From Heteronotia binoei (Eukaryota): a DNA stretch of 64,000 nucleotides. A program made the translations under genes and the position numbers. The stretch is from assembly GCF_032191835.1 (NCBI RefSeq), contig NC_083235.1, positions 47,554,001-47,618,000 of the forward strand. The letters run 5' to 3'. Below are positions 49,367 through 62,200 of this stretch, piece by piece (positions within the stretch are counted from its first letter, which is position 1; each line of letters starts with the position of its first letter). The notes under the pieces are model-generated. The model did no database searches. It was not told where the DNA came from and saw only the letters and a list, made by a program, of their open reading frames with translations.

Positions 49367-49649
49367 AGAGGATAAAGCAGAAAAATAACATGAGGGCAAG
49401 AAAGGTGGTATGAGGAAAAGATTGCTCTCTCTTATAATGGATGTGTACCTTTAAATAACCAGATGCAGATATGTGTCTGATGTGAGAGGCAACAGTTTTA
49501 CAAGCATTGTATTGCCGCTGCATTTTTATACTGCTTAATAACCACAGATATGGGTTATGATTGGCAACTTCCTCTCCCCCCCATTTTACTATACTATCAA
49601 GTTAAACAGATCTTGAATTTTCAATAATATTCGTAATTAAGTACTTTTA

Positions 49650-49655
49650 AATAAA
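49650..49655 (+). terminator. Likely polyadenylation signal AATAAA of the HSD17B6-like gene
   Basis: First canonical AATAAA seen about 285 nt after the stop, in an AT-rich 3' UTR. Confidence 0.55.
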
Positions 49656-52534
49656 ATTATTAATTTTTACATTGTAAAAGTCTACTAGTTGACTGGAAAG
49701 GTCTGTTAATAATTGACATTTATTCCATTTTGTGCTATTCTGGGTCAGTGTGTTTCTTTTCTCGTGAAGTTTTTTGTGGCCACAGCAAGCCCTGCCACCC
49801 CAAAGAGGGGAGAGAAGAAGGGCATACAGGGCAGAAGGGCTAGCTGCCTGCTCCAACTACTAGTAATGCAGCGCCCTCCCAAGGGGCAGCAGGTGTAATC
49901 AGCTAACGACCTGGTGTGTGGCTGGAAGTGCAAAAGAGCAGCTAAGCAAGGGATTGCATAGCTTTTCCTAATTGCTCAATGAGGAATTCAAAACTAGTTT
50001 TATCTACTCAGCTTTAAGGACTGAATCCAGCCTAACTGCATGTATCAATGGTTTATTTTTTTAGTTGTTTTGTAAAAATTATGTTTTTATCAGATTTTCT
50101 AAATATAGCTTTCATGCTTTATTTACTATATATATATATATATATTCCCCATTTCTCTCAAATAGGGACCAACATCAGCTTACATTGTGTCACTCTTCTC
50201 TCTTTGATCCTCACAGCAACCAGGTGAAATAGATTGGGCCGAGAGTGTGTGACTGGCCCAAGGTCATCCAATGAGCTTTCATGGCAGAGCAGGGATTCAA
50301 ACCTGGGCTTCCCAGAACCTAGTTCAACATTCTAACCACTACACCATACTGGCTTTCACATAATATTCCCTCAACAACCCATTAGCAGCAATATCCTAAA
50401 CACATTATACCCTTCTAAGATCATTAGCTTCAACCTTGTCCTAAAGACTGGAACAAGAACCACTGAGAAGCAAGATTAACATTTATTTATCATGGGTTCT
50501 CTTTCTTTGTCTCAATGAACCAGGGCAGAGTTTTGAGAGAACAGAAAGGAATATTGACAGTTGGCTTACAGATATCTGCATAAATAGACCACAAAGGCTT
50601 ATGGCAACTGTGAAGGAATGCATTTTTCCTTTGGAGGTTTGAAATTAGCAAAACCTTCATTTTGAGTTTTAAAATTTTTTTCCCTCTAGGCAGATAACAG
50701 GCAGGAAGGGGAAGGCAGTAGAATTGCTTTCCAGACTTACCTCAGCTCACCTTCACACAGATGCTAATAGGTCTTGACGATGGGATGGGCAAGCTCCCCC
50801 ACCCTTTCAAGCAGAGAACAGAGATTTGGAGGTGTTAAATACTAGAGAGACTTCAGAAAAGACATTCTGGAGACTTCAGAAAAAGCTTCTTTGACCTGGC
50901 CTGACCTGGTCAGTGGGTGGGGGAAAAATAGGCAATAAAATTCCTAGAAGTAAAGAAGAAGCTGTTTTATGCTGAGTTCATTAGAGCAGACAGAACTCTT
51001 AGCTGAAGTCTGGAGCAGGTGGCCATTAACCACGTGCTGGCCTGAAGAGCCAGAGAAAGCTGCAAGCTAATTGTTACTTTGTAGAATTCTGTAACTATTT
51101 TAAAAGGAGCACCGGGAGAAGGCAGGCAGTTGACAAGTGGCTATTCCTCCAAGGGTGCACAAGACAGTAAATGGTCCCTGTGGTGACCAGACACTGGGCA
51201 GCAGGAAACACAGAGGCAAGGCCTCAGAACTTGGAAGGGAAGCTAGGCGTCCTGCCCCTCCCAGCAGGCAATTCCACACAAAGGTCAGATGGTGGCAATG
51301 GCTACCCAAGAGAATGAAAAACCCCTCCAGGGCTGCAATCATACTACAGGTTTGGTGCAATCTAACTGTGCCTCTAATTGCAGTTTTAATCAGACATCCC
51401 ACCCTGAACCAGCTTCACTGTGCACTCATCCCATGGTCAATTGTTTGGATTGTTGTGGAATCCTTCTTTTCTCTTTCACCCATGCACATAAATGTGTATC
51501 CGAAGCTCCAGCTCCTTTTTTGACAGCTCTGCAAGGCCTATGCCAAATATTCCATCTCAGCCTCCTTCCCTTCGCCTCTCTTCTTTGAAATACATGGGGG
51601 GGGGAGGAAGTGCAGATTTACATGAGAGTAGTCCAGTTGACTTCACTAAGTCAACTGGCTAAAAAGGCAAATGCAATTTTGGGCTGTATCAACAGAAGTA
51701 TAGTGTCCAGCTCATACCAGAAATGCAGGGTCGAAGTGCTGGCATCCATGAACCCTGGTCTTCCCTGCTGTTAACTCTGCTTCAAAGATGAGGCAGAACA
51801 GGGTGGTGACCACTGGGGCATGGAAGGCAGATGTAACTGATCATGCTTTTTAAATCCATGAGGGTACCACAATGACATCAGATCAAACTGCTCATGTGAC
51901 CGCAGATCAGGTGTTAGGAAAAGCTTGGAGGGGAAGGTGGAATGGGACCTGCAGGCCAGAGCTGGCCTGTTCTGCCACAGCAACATTGAGCCAACTGTTC
52001 AGAAAACTGATTGGGTTGTTTCTTAAGGTAGGTGGGAGCTTGGAATGTTAAGTCTTAAATGTTCTGTATTTTCCCCTCACACAGGACTTTGGGGCTTGGT
52101 GAACAGTGCAAGTGTAGGTGAATCAGTCCTGATGAATAGCTTTAAAAGGATTACTTTGATCACAGAGCAATCTAAGTTCTCGTGATTAGTATTTTGAGTC
52201 CCTTGATGTATCCTGAATGTTCTCCTCAGGCAGGAGGCTGGGATTCCACTTGATGCACTGATGCCAACTAAATTGCAATCCTCAGGCACTAACTCCCCTT
52301 CTCCTTGTGTTTTATGTTGGCATCAGGATTAATGAGGTTCTGGAGTACAATACCAGAAAATGAATGGGGTCTATAAGTTTGCTCTCTGGGCAGAGCTGAG
52401 TGAGTTTTGTTGTATAATAAGCCATTGCTGTTCCTTGCTTCACTAGAAGCAGTGAAATGGGTTGTCTGGCAATCAGAGAAAGACTCACAGTGAATAGGGC
52501 TGAACATAGGCTAGAACACAGGGTCATGAGTAAC

Positions 52535-53043
52535 TAGGGTTGCCAATCCCCAGGTGAAGGCAGGGGATCCCCCGGTTTGGAGGCCCTCCCCCTGCTTCAG
52601 GGTCATCAGAAAGCGGGGGGAGGGGAGGGAAATGTCTGCTGGGGACTCTGTTATTCCCTAGAGAGACTTATTCCCATAGAAAATAATGGAGAATTGATCC
52701 GCGGGTATTTGGGGCTCGGGGGGGGGGTGTTTTTTGAGGAAGAGGCACCAAACTTTCAGTACAGCATCTAGTGCCTCTCCCAAAAATACTTCCCAAGTTT
52801 CAAAACGATTTGACCAGGGGGTCCAATTCTATGAGTCCCAAAAGAAGGTGCCCCTATCCTTCATTATTTCCTACCGAAGGAAGGCATTGAAAAGGTGTGC
52901 CGTCCCTTTAAATGTGATGGCCAGAACTCCCTTTGGAGTTCAATTATGCTTGTCACAGCCTTGATCTTTGCTCCACCCCTAATGTCTCCTGGCTCCACCC
53001 CCAAAGTCCCCAGATATTTTTTAAATTGGACTTGGCAACCCTA
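52535..53043. mobile_element. hAT MITE (509 bp), 8-bp TSD tgagtaac
   Basis: TAGGGTTGCCAA...TTGGCAACCCTA; TSD at 52527-52534 and 53044-53051. Confidence 0.9.
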
Positions 53044-53471
53044 TGAGTAACTGTTCTGTGGCAGTGACTGCGGTGAAGCACAACTACTACCGTATCTATA
53101 CAGAAATAAAGTGATAAATTCTGGAATGTCACCCAAGCAAATGATTAATTTAATAATTTAATTGAAATAATTAAATATTGATTACTAAGTATGGGCTAGG
53201 CTAGATTTAGCACACACCCAGGAAGTGAGAAGACTATGCTCTTGCATCCAAGTGAGGAAGACAAGATAATTTTCAGAATCATCCTTTTCACTGGGCTCCT
53301 ATCCAAAACTGCCTTTGCAATCAATGCAGACCTACATCATCTTCCTTCCTCCCAGACACAGTTGTCTCGTTTTTGCCTCTTTCAAACTTGCATCAGGGTC
53401 AACTCCCACTGTCTCCTTCTGCAATTCATCTTCTACATTCCACATACCAGGGTTGAGGTTGTTTCCACAGC

Positions 53472-53690
53472 TAGGGTTGCCAGGTCTGGATTGGAAAATA
53501 CCTGCAGACTTTGGGGGTGGATCCAGGAGAGGGCGGGGTTTGCAGAGGGGAGGGGCCTCAGCAGTGTACAATGCCATAGAGTCCCCCCTTCAAAGCAGCC
53601 ATTTTCTCCATGGGAGCTGATCTCTTCCAGCTGGAGATCAGCTGTAAAAGTGGAAGATCTCCAGGCCCCACCTGGAGGCTGGCAACCCTA
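53472..53690. mobile_element. hAT MITE, same subfamily as 34942-35160
   Basis: TAGGGTTGCCAG...CTGGCAACCCTA; TSD imperfect. Confidence 0.82.
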
Positions 53691-54080
53691 CTCCACACAG
53701 CTGTTTTGATTGGACTTACCATGATTTATTAACACAGTTTTTACTGGTAATCCAGATTTCCTACCCCACACAAGGATTCTCAATTTCCCTAAAATCACCA
53801 GTGCAAACATACACTGACAGTGGAGTATTCACATGGACATTTTGTGAGCCCTTTTTTGCATCAGTGGCATGTTTCCTGTGTTTCCCTCCTGCAACACTGG
53901 AGGAGGTTTGAGGGTTATTTTAAAAATTGATAACGTTTTACTACATAAAAGAAAGTAAATCTCTAATCTTTTGTTACAGAACTCTGCACAAAAAGGGTTA
54001 GAGACTTTTAAAAATAAATACTAAGAATTCAAAGGAAGGGATAGAATATGGCAACAGACAGTTATGTTACTTTGCTATAG

Positions 54081-54331
54081 TCAGGGCTTTATTTTCTGCT
54101 GGAGCCCACAGGAGTGGAGCTCCACCTGGGCTGGCCAGGGCTCCAGCTGGCCCGACCTGCCCTGCAGCAGCCACGTGCTTCCTGGCCAGGCAATGTGGCC
54201 TAATATGCAAATGAGCTCATGCTGGGCTTTTTCTACAAAAAAGCCCTGTGCTAAACAATGGTGACATCAAGGGTGTGACCTAATATGCAAATAAATTCCT
54301 GCTGGGCTTTTTTCTATAAAAAAAGTCCTGG
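54081..54331. mobile_element. MITE of the CAGGGCTTTTT family
   Basis: cagggctttt...aaaagtcctg ends with a repeated ctaatatgcaaat core; related pieces at about 21190-21295, 42876-43065 and 62590-62713. Confidence 0.7.
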
Positions 54332-54750
54332 ATGTCAAATATATGGCCAGGGGGCGAGAACTAGCCTGTTCAGGGCTTTTATCTGGCCTGTGAGCAACTG
54401 GTGCAAGGGAAGGAAGGCAGGATGTTGCTGAGGGGGTCAAATGGGCACACATAGTGATGAAATGTGTGTGGTTGAAGCTGTCAAAACATAAAAGGAAATG
54501 GCTAGGGGACAGGACTATGAGGCTGAGCTAAAATAGTGCCACATTGGGTCTTTAGAAGAGCCACAGGTGGCATGTCAAGGTGTGCGTGGGACTTCTGAGC
54601 CACTGAGTATGGCTGATCTAGTACTTGGAATGTAGACTTTGGGGTTTTCACAATGTCTTTTGAAGTTTTAAAGTTTGGGAAAGTTGGGCTGAACTGCTCA
54701 GGCAACCTGCTTACATCAAACTGGCCTTGTAACAACTAAATTACTGATGG

Positions 54751-55589
54751 TGTGGCGGAACCGGCCCGATTCTGCCTTCAGACCCGGTCCCGTCAGCTCC
54801 CTATGGAGTCGCCAACTCCTGGAGGGAGCTATTTCTCCTCCTGCCCCTTGGGCTCACTGCCACCACCTGCTCAGTCTAGGGGTTCCGATTGAGAGGAACA
54901 GGACTCCCAATCCCCCTCTCCAGCTGTGAGGCCAGGCCTCAAGGTCCTCTGCCACCCTGCACTTGGGTTTCACAGAGACCTCAGCGCTTCTTTGGGGCAC
55001 CCCTGGAGGATTGGCACCTTATCCAACTGCATGCCTTCCCCCCTTCACCTGGGGCCCCCTTCTTAACACAGCGTGGTCTAAAGCGGTTTGGGGATCTATG
55101 TGGTACAGAGTTTGACTGCCAGCATTTAAACAGAAAAAAACATTTATTTAAAAGAGAAAAGGATAGGGAAAGAAAAACAAACCAAAAACAGTTGCATTTA
55201 AAAAAGTAGCACAGCACAGCACAGCACAGCAAACAGCATGACAAAGGAAAGGTGTTTATAAACGCTTTCTACTGTCCCTGGTCTACCCTTGTCCTGTCTT
55301 GAGAATTACTTACTTGGTCTGCCTGCCTGGGGCCCCCCCGGCAGGAGCCTCCATTGCTCACCACATGCTCGCTCGAGCGCTGGCTTCCAACCGCCCTTCT
55401 CTTCCTGCTAACACACATGCCAAGAACAAAAGCACTTCCTGCCTCTCTAGGAGATTTTCCCCCTAGCGTTGTTGGTTTGGCTCTGGAAGGGAGGGGGGGA
55501 GTGAGGGGAAGGCTACAAAGCCTGCTGAGGGATTTACTGACCCATGCCAAATGAAGCACCACCACTGACTAAAATGGCGTTTCTCCACA
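54751..55589 (-). mobile_element. Solo LTR family A (839 bp), 5-bp TSD gatgg
   Basis: TG...CA termini; TSD at 54746-54750 and 55590-55594; AATAAA and TATAAA on the minus strand. Confidence 0.88.
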
Positions 55590-56772
55590 GATGGGTATAC
55601 TGAAAGAACTCCACTGACTAACAGTTTGCTCCTGGCTGCCAGTTTGCTCCTGGAAGCAATTCAAAGTGCCATTTTGAAACTTTTAAGGATACATGAAAGA
55701 CCATGTTTCTAGGGTTGCAACCTCTGGGGAGCTTTCAAGGATGGGGCTAGGTGGCACATGATCCCATGATGTTACTTCAGTTCACGTAGCTGAAAGGAAC
55801 ATTACATGTCACTGCAACATTCTAGAAATTCCCCAGTCTATGGCTTTACTGTAGAGATTTTGGGCATTGCTACAGCACTACAGTGTTTGACATCACTTCT
55901 GGTTACATGACAAGATGTAATGCCACAGTATTGTGTGATTACATGCCTGCACTTTCTCCAGGGGGATAGAGATCTCCCACATTAGTAGAGTCCTCCTACG
56001 CGTTTCCCTTAGTCCTGCCTCAGGCCGGGCTGTTTTAGTTTCTACTGTCTGAAGTGTGACAACTAGAGATGGGGCTTCTTCTGCAATGCTGCCTCATACA
56101 CGGAGTACCTAGTTTATGGTATTTCAGGTGCTGCCACTTTTTGTTGGTTTTTATCATCCCTGATTCAACTGGAAAGTTTTTTTTATTTTTTTATTTTTTT
56201 ATTATTTGGTTGATTTATATTCTGCCCTTTCCCATATGGGCTCAGGGCAGATCACAGTCATGGTAAAACAGTTAAAATACAACAATAAATTAACGATATA
56301 TAAATAAAACATAACTCAAAAACTCAGAAATATACACAGGCAGGCACATATTTCAGATGAAAGCATAATTTTCTGGCTCATTGTAGCTTTTCAGCCCATT
56401 GTGGGGGAGGGCAATAGATGGTACAGACAGTAGATTGAGAGGACGTCCGTTTGCCTCAACCAAAGGCCTGGCGAAACAGCTATGTCTTGCAGGCCCTACA
56501 GAACAGAAGCAAATCCAGTAGGGCCTGGATCTCCACAGGGAGCTGATTCCAACAGGTCTGGCCCTGGTCGAGGCAAGCCAGACATCCCTTGGGACAGGGG
56601 TGGCCAGAAGGTGCTGATTGGCCTATCGCGGCAGTCTTCAGAGGAGAGGCAGTCCCGCAAGTATGTCGATCCCAAGCTGCGTAAGGCTTTAAATGTCAGT
56701 ACTAAAACCTTGAAGCGGATTCGGTACTCAATTGGTAACCAGTGCAATTTGCACAGCATTGGCCGACTGCTT

Positions 56773-57974
56773 CATAGGCGTAAACTACATGGGGGCTGGC
56801 GGGCTTGAACCCCTCCCCCCAGATTTTCCCGGCAGGGGCTGAGCCCCCTCTGGGCAACCAATACAGGACTTGGGGGCTTCCAATTTAAATTTTCAAGGAG
56901 GAGAGATCATTATCTTCAAAGGTATTAATCGGGTGGTAGAGTCTGTGTGTGATTTTCCCCTTGGGCTGCAAAGAAGTTAGTGGTGTTAATTTACAACCTC
57001 AGCTTCTTAGAAATGCTAATTGAGCTAAAACAGAATAAAACTTTGTTTGTCTTAAAGGTGTTACTGGACTCAAACTTTGTTCAACTAGTTAATGATTGGA
57101 GAAGAAATTGGGGGGAGGAATAACACTGTATTGCTATGTTGCATACATATTGCTATAGAATTTGGGGGTTCTTTTGGCAGATAGATATTTTGTGTCTTCT
57201 TCAAGCCTGTTATTGTTTACATTCATTAAAGTGGAAGCTGAACCAGATCCTTTTGAAAATTAATGGCCCCAGCAAGCCTTTTGTTTCTTCTCAAAATGAC
57301 TACTTGGTCAAGTAGGTGTGTATTGACAATTGTTCACCACCTAGGCATAGGGTTGCTAATCCCCAGTTGGGGGCAGGGGATTCCTCAGTTTGGAGGCCCT
57401 CCCCCTGCTTCAGGGTCATCAGAAAATAGCAGGGGGGAAGGGAAATGTCTGCTGGACACTCCATTATTCCCTATGGAGATTGATCTCCATAGAATATAAT
57501 GGTGAATTGATCTGTGGGTATCTGGAGTGCAGGAGGGGCTGGGTTTTGAGATAGAGGCACCAAATTTTGAGCATAGCATCTGGTGCCTCTCTTCAAAACA
57601 CCATCCAAGTTTCAAAAACGTTGGACCAGGGGATCCAATTCTATGAGCACATGATATGTATTATTTGTAGATTTTAAAGTGACTATTCTAAAAGTAAATT
57701 TCAAAAACCGGACACAACAAGAGACCTCTGTGATACCACTATAACCACTGGCCAGCTCCCACCTTTTCCTGGGTTTGGTCCGATCGATGGGCATTGTTGG
57801 GGGGGGGGCTCTCTAAATTTATGGGGAGGGGGCTTCTCCTTAAATTCATAGGTAGTGATAATGGAGGCCCCTCCCTGTGATGTCACTGGCTCCTCCCTAT
57901 GATGTCACTGGATCAAATGCCTCTGGCTGGGCCCCAGCCCCCCCCCCCAGGAAATTGAAAAGTCTACACCCCTG
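56773..57974. mobile_element. hAT non-autonomous element (1.2 kb) inside L2, 8-bp TSD gactgctt, with a further TAGGGTTGC-type MITE from about 57347
   Basis: Imperfect TIR CATAGGCGTAAACT / AGTCTACACCCCTG; TSD at 56765-56772 and 57975-57982. Confidence 0.82.
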
Positions 57975-58436
57975 GACTGCTTGCCTGTAGAGGCAATCCA
58001 GTTAACAGTCATGCTGCTGCATTTTGTACCAGTTGGAGTTTCCGGATAAGCCCCAAGGGCAAGCCTGCGTAGAGCGAGTTCCAGTAGTCCAACCTGGAAG
58101 TGACCGTTGCATGGATCACTGTAGCTAAGTCATGAGGGGTCAGATAGGGCGCTAGCTGTTTTAGCTGCTGAAGATGATGAAATGCAGATTGCACAACTGC
58201 TGTGACCTGGACCTCCATAGAAAAGGAGACATCCAGTGTAACGCCCAGGCTCCTCACTTTCTGGGATGGCACAAGAGGAGCACCATCCAGGGTGGGGAGG
58301 TGGATGTCCAATCTTAGCCCCCCTCCACTCAGGTACAGGACCTCCGTCTTAGTTGGATCAAGCTTCAGCCGGTTTAACTACAACCATCCAGCTACAGCTT
58401 CTAGCACCCTCGTCAGATGGTCTGGGGCGGCGTCTG

Positions 58437-58878
58437 TGAAGCAGAGAAATAACGAGGTCTGCACAGACTTACTAGTTTGAAGTGAGGTTTACTTTATGGT
58501 ACCATAAGCAGAACCCAGTCGGGCATGGGCCCCCAAAATGACTGAGTTACAATCATTCTACATACAGACAGTTTTATTCACACAGAAAACAAGCAGGCAG
58601 GCACACAGGCTTATCTGATTTCAAAGGGTCCCGCCTCCACTAAATTCCACCTGGTAAAATTCCATGGCATGATGCCTCTACACTATCTCTTTACAGCAAG
58701 TTTTCTGTAGGAAGCTGCTCTCTTATCTAATCTTACAGTTGGAGCTCACACCCGCTAGGCGGTTTCTAATGGCAGTTTTACAACAGATCCCTTAGTTTGA
58801 ATACAAAGCATATTTTTACTCAATATGACAAATATTATTATTATTGGGGGTATTAATTATTCAGGGGCTGCCCTTTCA
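58437..58878 (-). mobile_element. Solo LTR family B (442 bp) inside L2, 4-bp TSD tctg
   Basis: TGAAG...TTTCA termini; TSD at 58433-58436 and 58879-58882. Confidence 0.88.
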
Positions 58879-59174
58879 TCTGCATGGCCGTCCAACAACG
58901 GATAGAGCTGGGTGTCATCTGCATACTAGTGACAACCCAGCTCAAAACCTTGGGCAATCTGGGCAAGGGGGCGCATGTAGATGTTAAACATCATTGGCGA
59001 GATAATAGTTCCCCGCGGCATTCAAGTGAGTGCCGCAGGGAGATCTGCTTGCCAATCGCCACCCTTTGTCCCCGATCATGGAGAAAGGAGGAGAATCTCT
59101 GCAGGTTCTTTTTACATGCAGATTTAAAAAAAATGCTTTTAAGCTTTGTTGGTTTGCTTTAATCATCATTATCT

Positions 59175-59778
59175 ATATATCTAAGAGTGAAAGAGTAGCC
59201 TCATCTATGGATACCTAAATCTGTGGATTGAGGCCACACTTACCCAAACAGACACTTCTGCAAACTGGAAGGAACCCCTAGGTTTGGGGGGGGGGGGAAC
59301 TAAAATATTTTTAAAATACACTGGGAAGTTTAGATTCCCACCAAAACACAAAAGGTGCCTGTTCATGGGCAGAATACTTACCTGACAGTGACACACAGTG
59401 GTCCTGCAGCCAATGTGACAGCTTTCAGGGGTCCTGTGGGAGTCCGAGGGGCCCCAGGAGGCTAAGGGTGGCACAGTAGCTCCCAAGGGGCCCACTGTAG
59501 CCACCACTGCTCCTGACAACCAGGCTGCTGCGTCAGTTCCCAGGGGCACTGCTGCAGCCATGCTGGCTCCCAGGGGAGCTGTCAAGGTGTGAGAAAGAAG
59601 GGGGGATTGTCTGAGAAGGAGTGATAGGGTGGAAAAGATGAGTAGAAGATAAAAGTACGGTGGCTGATGGATGTGAAGGAAAGGAGGCAGGAAAGGAGGT
59701 GAGACTAGGGAACTTTCAAGGAAGAGATAGTGGGGGAGAGGGAAATTCACCCACAAGTCCTTGTGAGTTCCTACTTGT
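59175..59778 (+). mobile_element. Possible non-autonomous Helitron-like element
   Basis: Starts near atatatctaag and ends acaagtcc...cctacttgt, similar to the end at about 31800-31818; no TSD seen. Classification is tentative. Confidence 0.35.
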
Positions 59779-59904
59779 GTGTGTATACCATATATACCAT
59801 GGTGTCTGCATTTAGAGATAGATAGACAGACAGACAGACACCATATATACCAGGAAAGGTTGGTTTTGTGGTGTGTTTATAGTGGTCAGGTTGTCACTTT
59901 ATAT

Positions 59905-60119
59905 TAGGGTTGCCAGCCTCCACGTGGGGCCTGGAGATCTCTTGCTTTTACAACTGATCTCCAGCTGGCAAAGATGAGCTGCCCCAGAGAAAATGGCTGC
60001 TTTGGTGGACTCTATGGCATTGTACCATGCTGTGGCCCCTCCCCTCCCCAAACCCTGCCATCTCTCGGATCCACCCCCAAAGTTTCCAGGTATTTTCCAA
60101 CACAGACCTGGCAGCCCTA
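59905..60119. mobile_element. hAT MITE, 8-bp TSD ctttatat
   Basis: TAGGGTTGCCAG...CTGGCAGCCCTA; TSD at 59897-59904 and 60120-60127; inverted relative to the 53472 copy. Confidence 0.88.
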
Positions 60120-61621
60120 CTTTATATGGTGTGGTTTTAAGGTAAACTGTAATGTTGTATAGGCTGTTTGTTTTGGAATTGACTTTTAATTTATTTTTTT
60201 ACCTTCACTGTTATGTTGTCGCAAGTCAGCTCCAGCATATATTTGGAGAAGCGGTCAATAAATATTCTAAATAGCTAAATACCAGTTCCAGGTATTCTCC
60301 TTGGTCTAAACTGCTCAAAGTGGACCACACAAGGGCTCTTTAAATTTGTCTCAAATCACCTTCTATAAACTCAGAGAAGCCTTTGCTGTTGTTCAGTTTC
60401 AGACGGTGCCAACTGCCATGTTAGACAGCTGCTATTTACAAAAACTGGTCTCTCAGCAAGTACAGTATATATTCGTAGAACTCCAGAACTAGAGAGCTTC
60501 CTCAACTACATCCTCTTTTGCCATGTTTGCTGAGTTCCCAGGTCCAAATTTCTTGCCATAATTTTAGCCAAACTAGCTTTACAATCAGTGGTAGATAAAA
60601 TAATCTGTCTTCTTACTGACAGTGACAAACACTTTATTTCTATGATGTTCTTGTATGCACCAGCCACTAAGCAATTTCATTTAAATTTTCTTGTTTGACA
60701 TTTAACATGTTGCAATGTATGTTATGTTTTGAACCTGAAAATATTGTTGTTGCTTCCAGTTTATTGGGTTTTATTAGGGTTACCTACTGAAGATGAGAGT
60801 GAAGTGATAGTAAAAGGAAGGAGCTGTGTTTTGTAAAGTGATAAGCTTTGGGCTGAGATAAAGCATGGAAGTGAAACAGGAAAAGTAAAATCGATTGTAC
60901 CTGTCGCATTATTGATTAATCTGCTGTGAATATAATATATATATGCAGCTAAAGGAAATAAACGGACATAGTGGATATATGGCATATGAATTTGGACCAA
61001 TCCACACCTCTCCAAGGCTGGTTGCTTTGTGGTAAAATAAACTGGATTTACATGAAGAAAGTGTTACTGAGACTTTTTTTTTAAGACATCTGTATTAACG
61101 TTTGGATATACTATATTGAAAAGCTGATTTTACACGGAGCCTGTTTGCATTCTCTTCATTCAAGTTCCTGGGCCAGTGAGGGGAACCTTCCCCTATGTCA
61201 CTGATGTGATGATGTCACCCGGAAGTGACATAATCAAAATGGCAGCAGAGCTGCTTTAGACATTTCTGGTACATTTCTGGGCCTCATTTTCCCCTGATGC
61301 TCTATAGCCATTTGGGAGGGAAAACTCTATGGTACAATAGGTACCATAGAGTTTTTACCTCCCAAATGGCTAGAGTGGCCCTGGGTGTGCGCCACCATTT
61401 TCATGACATCACTTCTGAGTGACATCATTACATCACACGCACAAAAATCCCCCACTACAGGAAGCTGGGGACTTGGCAACCCTAGAGCTACTGCATAAAT
61501 TAGTTTGCTCTGGGGCTATTTTTTCTGAGCTGAGACAAAAAAGTGTGAGCTAGAGACTAAAAAATTGTGAGCTAGCTCACACTAACTCAGCTTAGAGGAA
61601 ACACTGCTAGTAACCCTAGTT

Positions 61622-62200
61622 CAGGAGTGTCAAATTCACAGGCCAAGGGCCAAATCAGGCCCCTGAGCAACTGGCTGTCATCTGCTTCCTTCTCCCTCTC
61701 TCTTGTTTCCTTCTGCATCACAGCTTGATTTGCAAGGCTTGCTCAATTGCATAGAAGCTCCAGAGCAAAACCTCTGTTTTCTCCATTGGCTGAGGCTCCT
61801 CCCTTGGGGAGGAAGAGGGGGAAGGCAGCTTATTTTTCCAGGCTTTCTCAATTGCACAACAGAGCTACTAAGCCAAGCCTCTCTTCCTTTTATTGGCTGA
61901 GGCTCCTCCCCCACCAGTCCCCTGGGGAAGGAAGGAAAGAGCCAGAGCTTCCTTTACCCAGTTCCTCGGATCCCATGGGAGAAAAACAAAGAAAGCACCT
62001 TTAAGATCAATGAGTGCTAACGTTTTCAGCATGTTTTAAGATTTTTTTAATTAATTGTGTTTGTGTCCTTTATAAAGTTTATATCTCTGCGACATAATCT
62101 TAAATAGGTACACACATGGCTTGGCCCGACATGGCCTGGCCCGACAAGGTCTAATTTATGTCAGATCTGGCCCTCATAACAAATTAGTTCGACACCCCTG
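61622..62200. mobile_element. hAT non-autonomous element (579 bp), 8-bp TSD ccctagtt
   Basis: CAGGAGTGTCAAAT...GTTCGACACCCCTG; TSD at 61614-61621 and 62201-62208. Confidence 0.86.

Larger units (their letters stand above)
56176..59105 (-). mobile_element. L2 LINE (RT to 3' end) interrupted by nested insertions
   Basis: Minus-strand peptides SPMMFNIYMRPL, YADDTQL, VTSRLDYWNSLYAGLP...KLQLVQNAAA and LHWLPIEYRIRFKVLVLTFKAL; T-rich tail. Confidence 0.88.

Noticed and set aside
53236-53709. 157-aa ORF and its antisense partner 53332-53577
   Set aside because: Half is hAT MITE sequence; no recognisable domain or splice pattern.
59373-59384. ATACTTACCTG matching the U1 snRNA 5' end
   Set aside because: Only 11 nt match; it is the reverse complement of a consensus splice donor.
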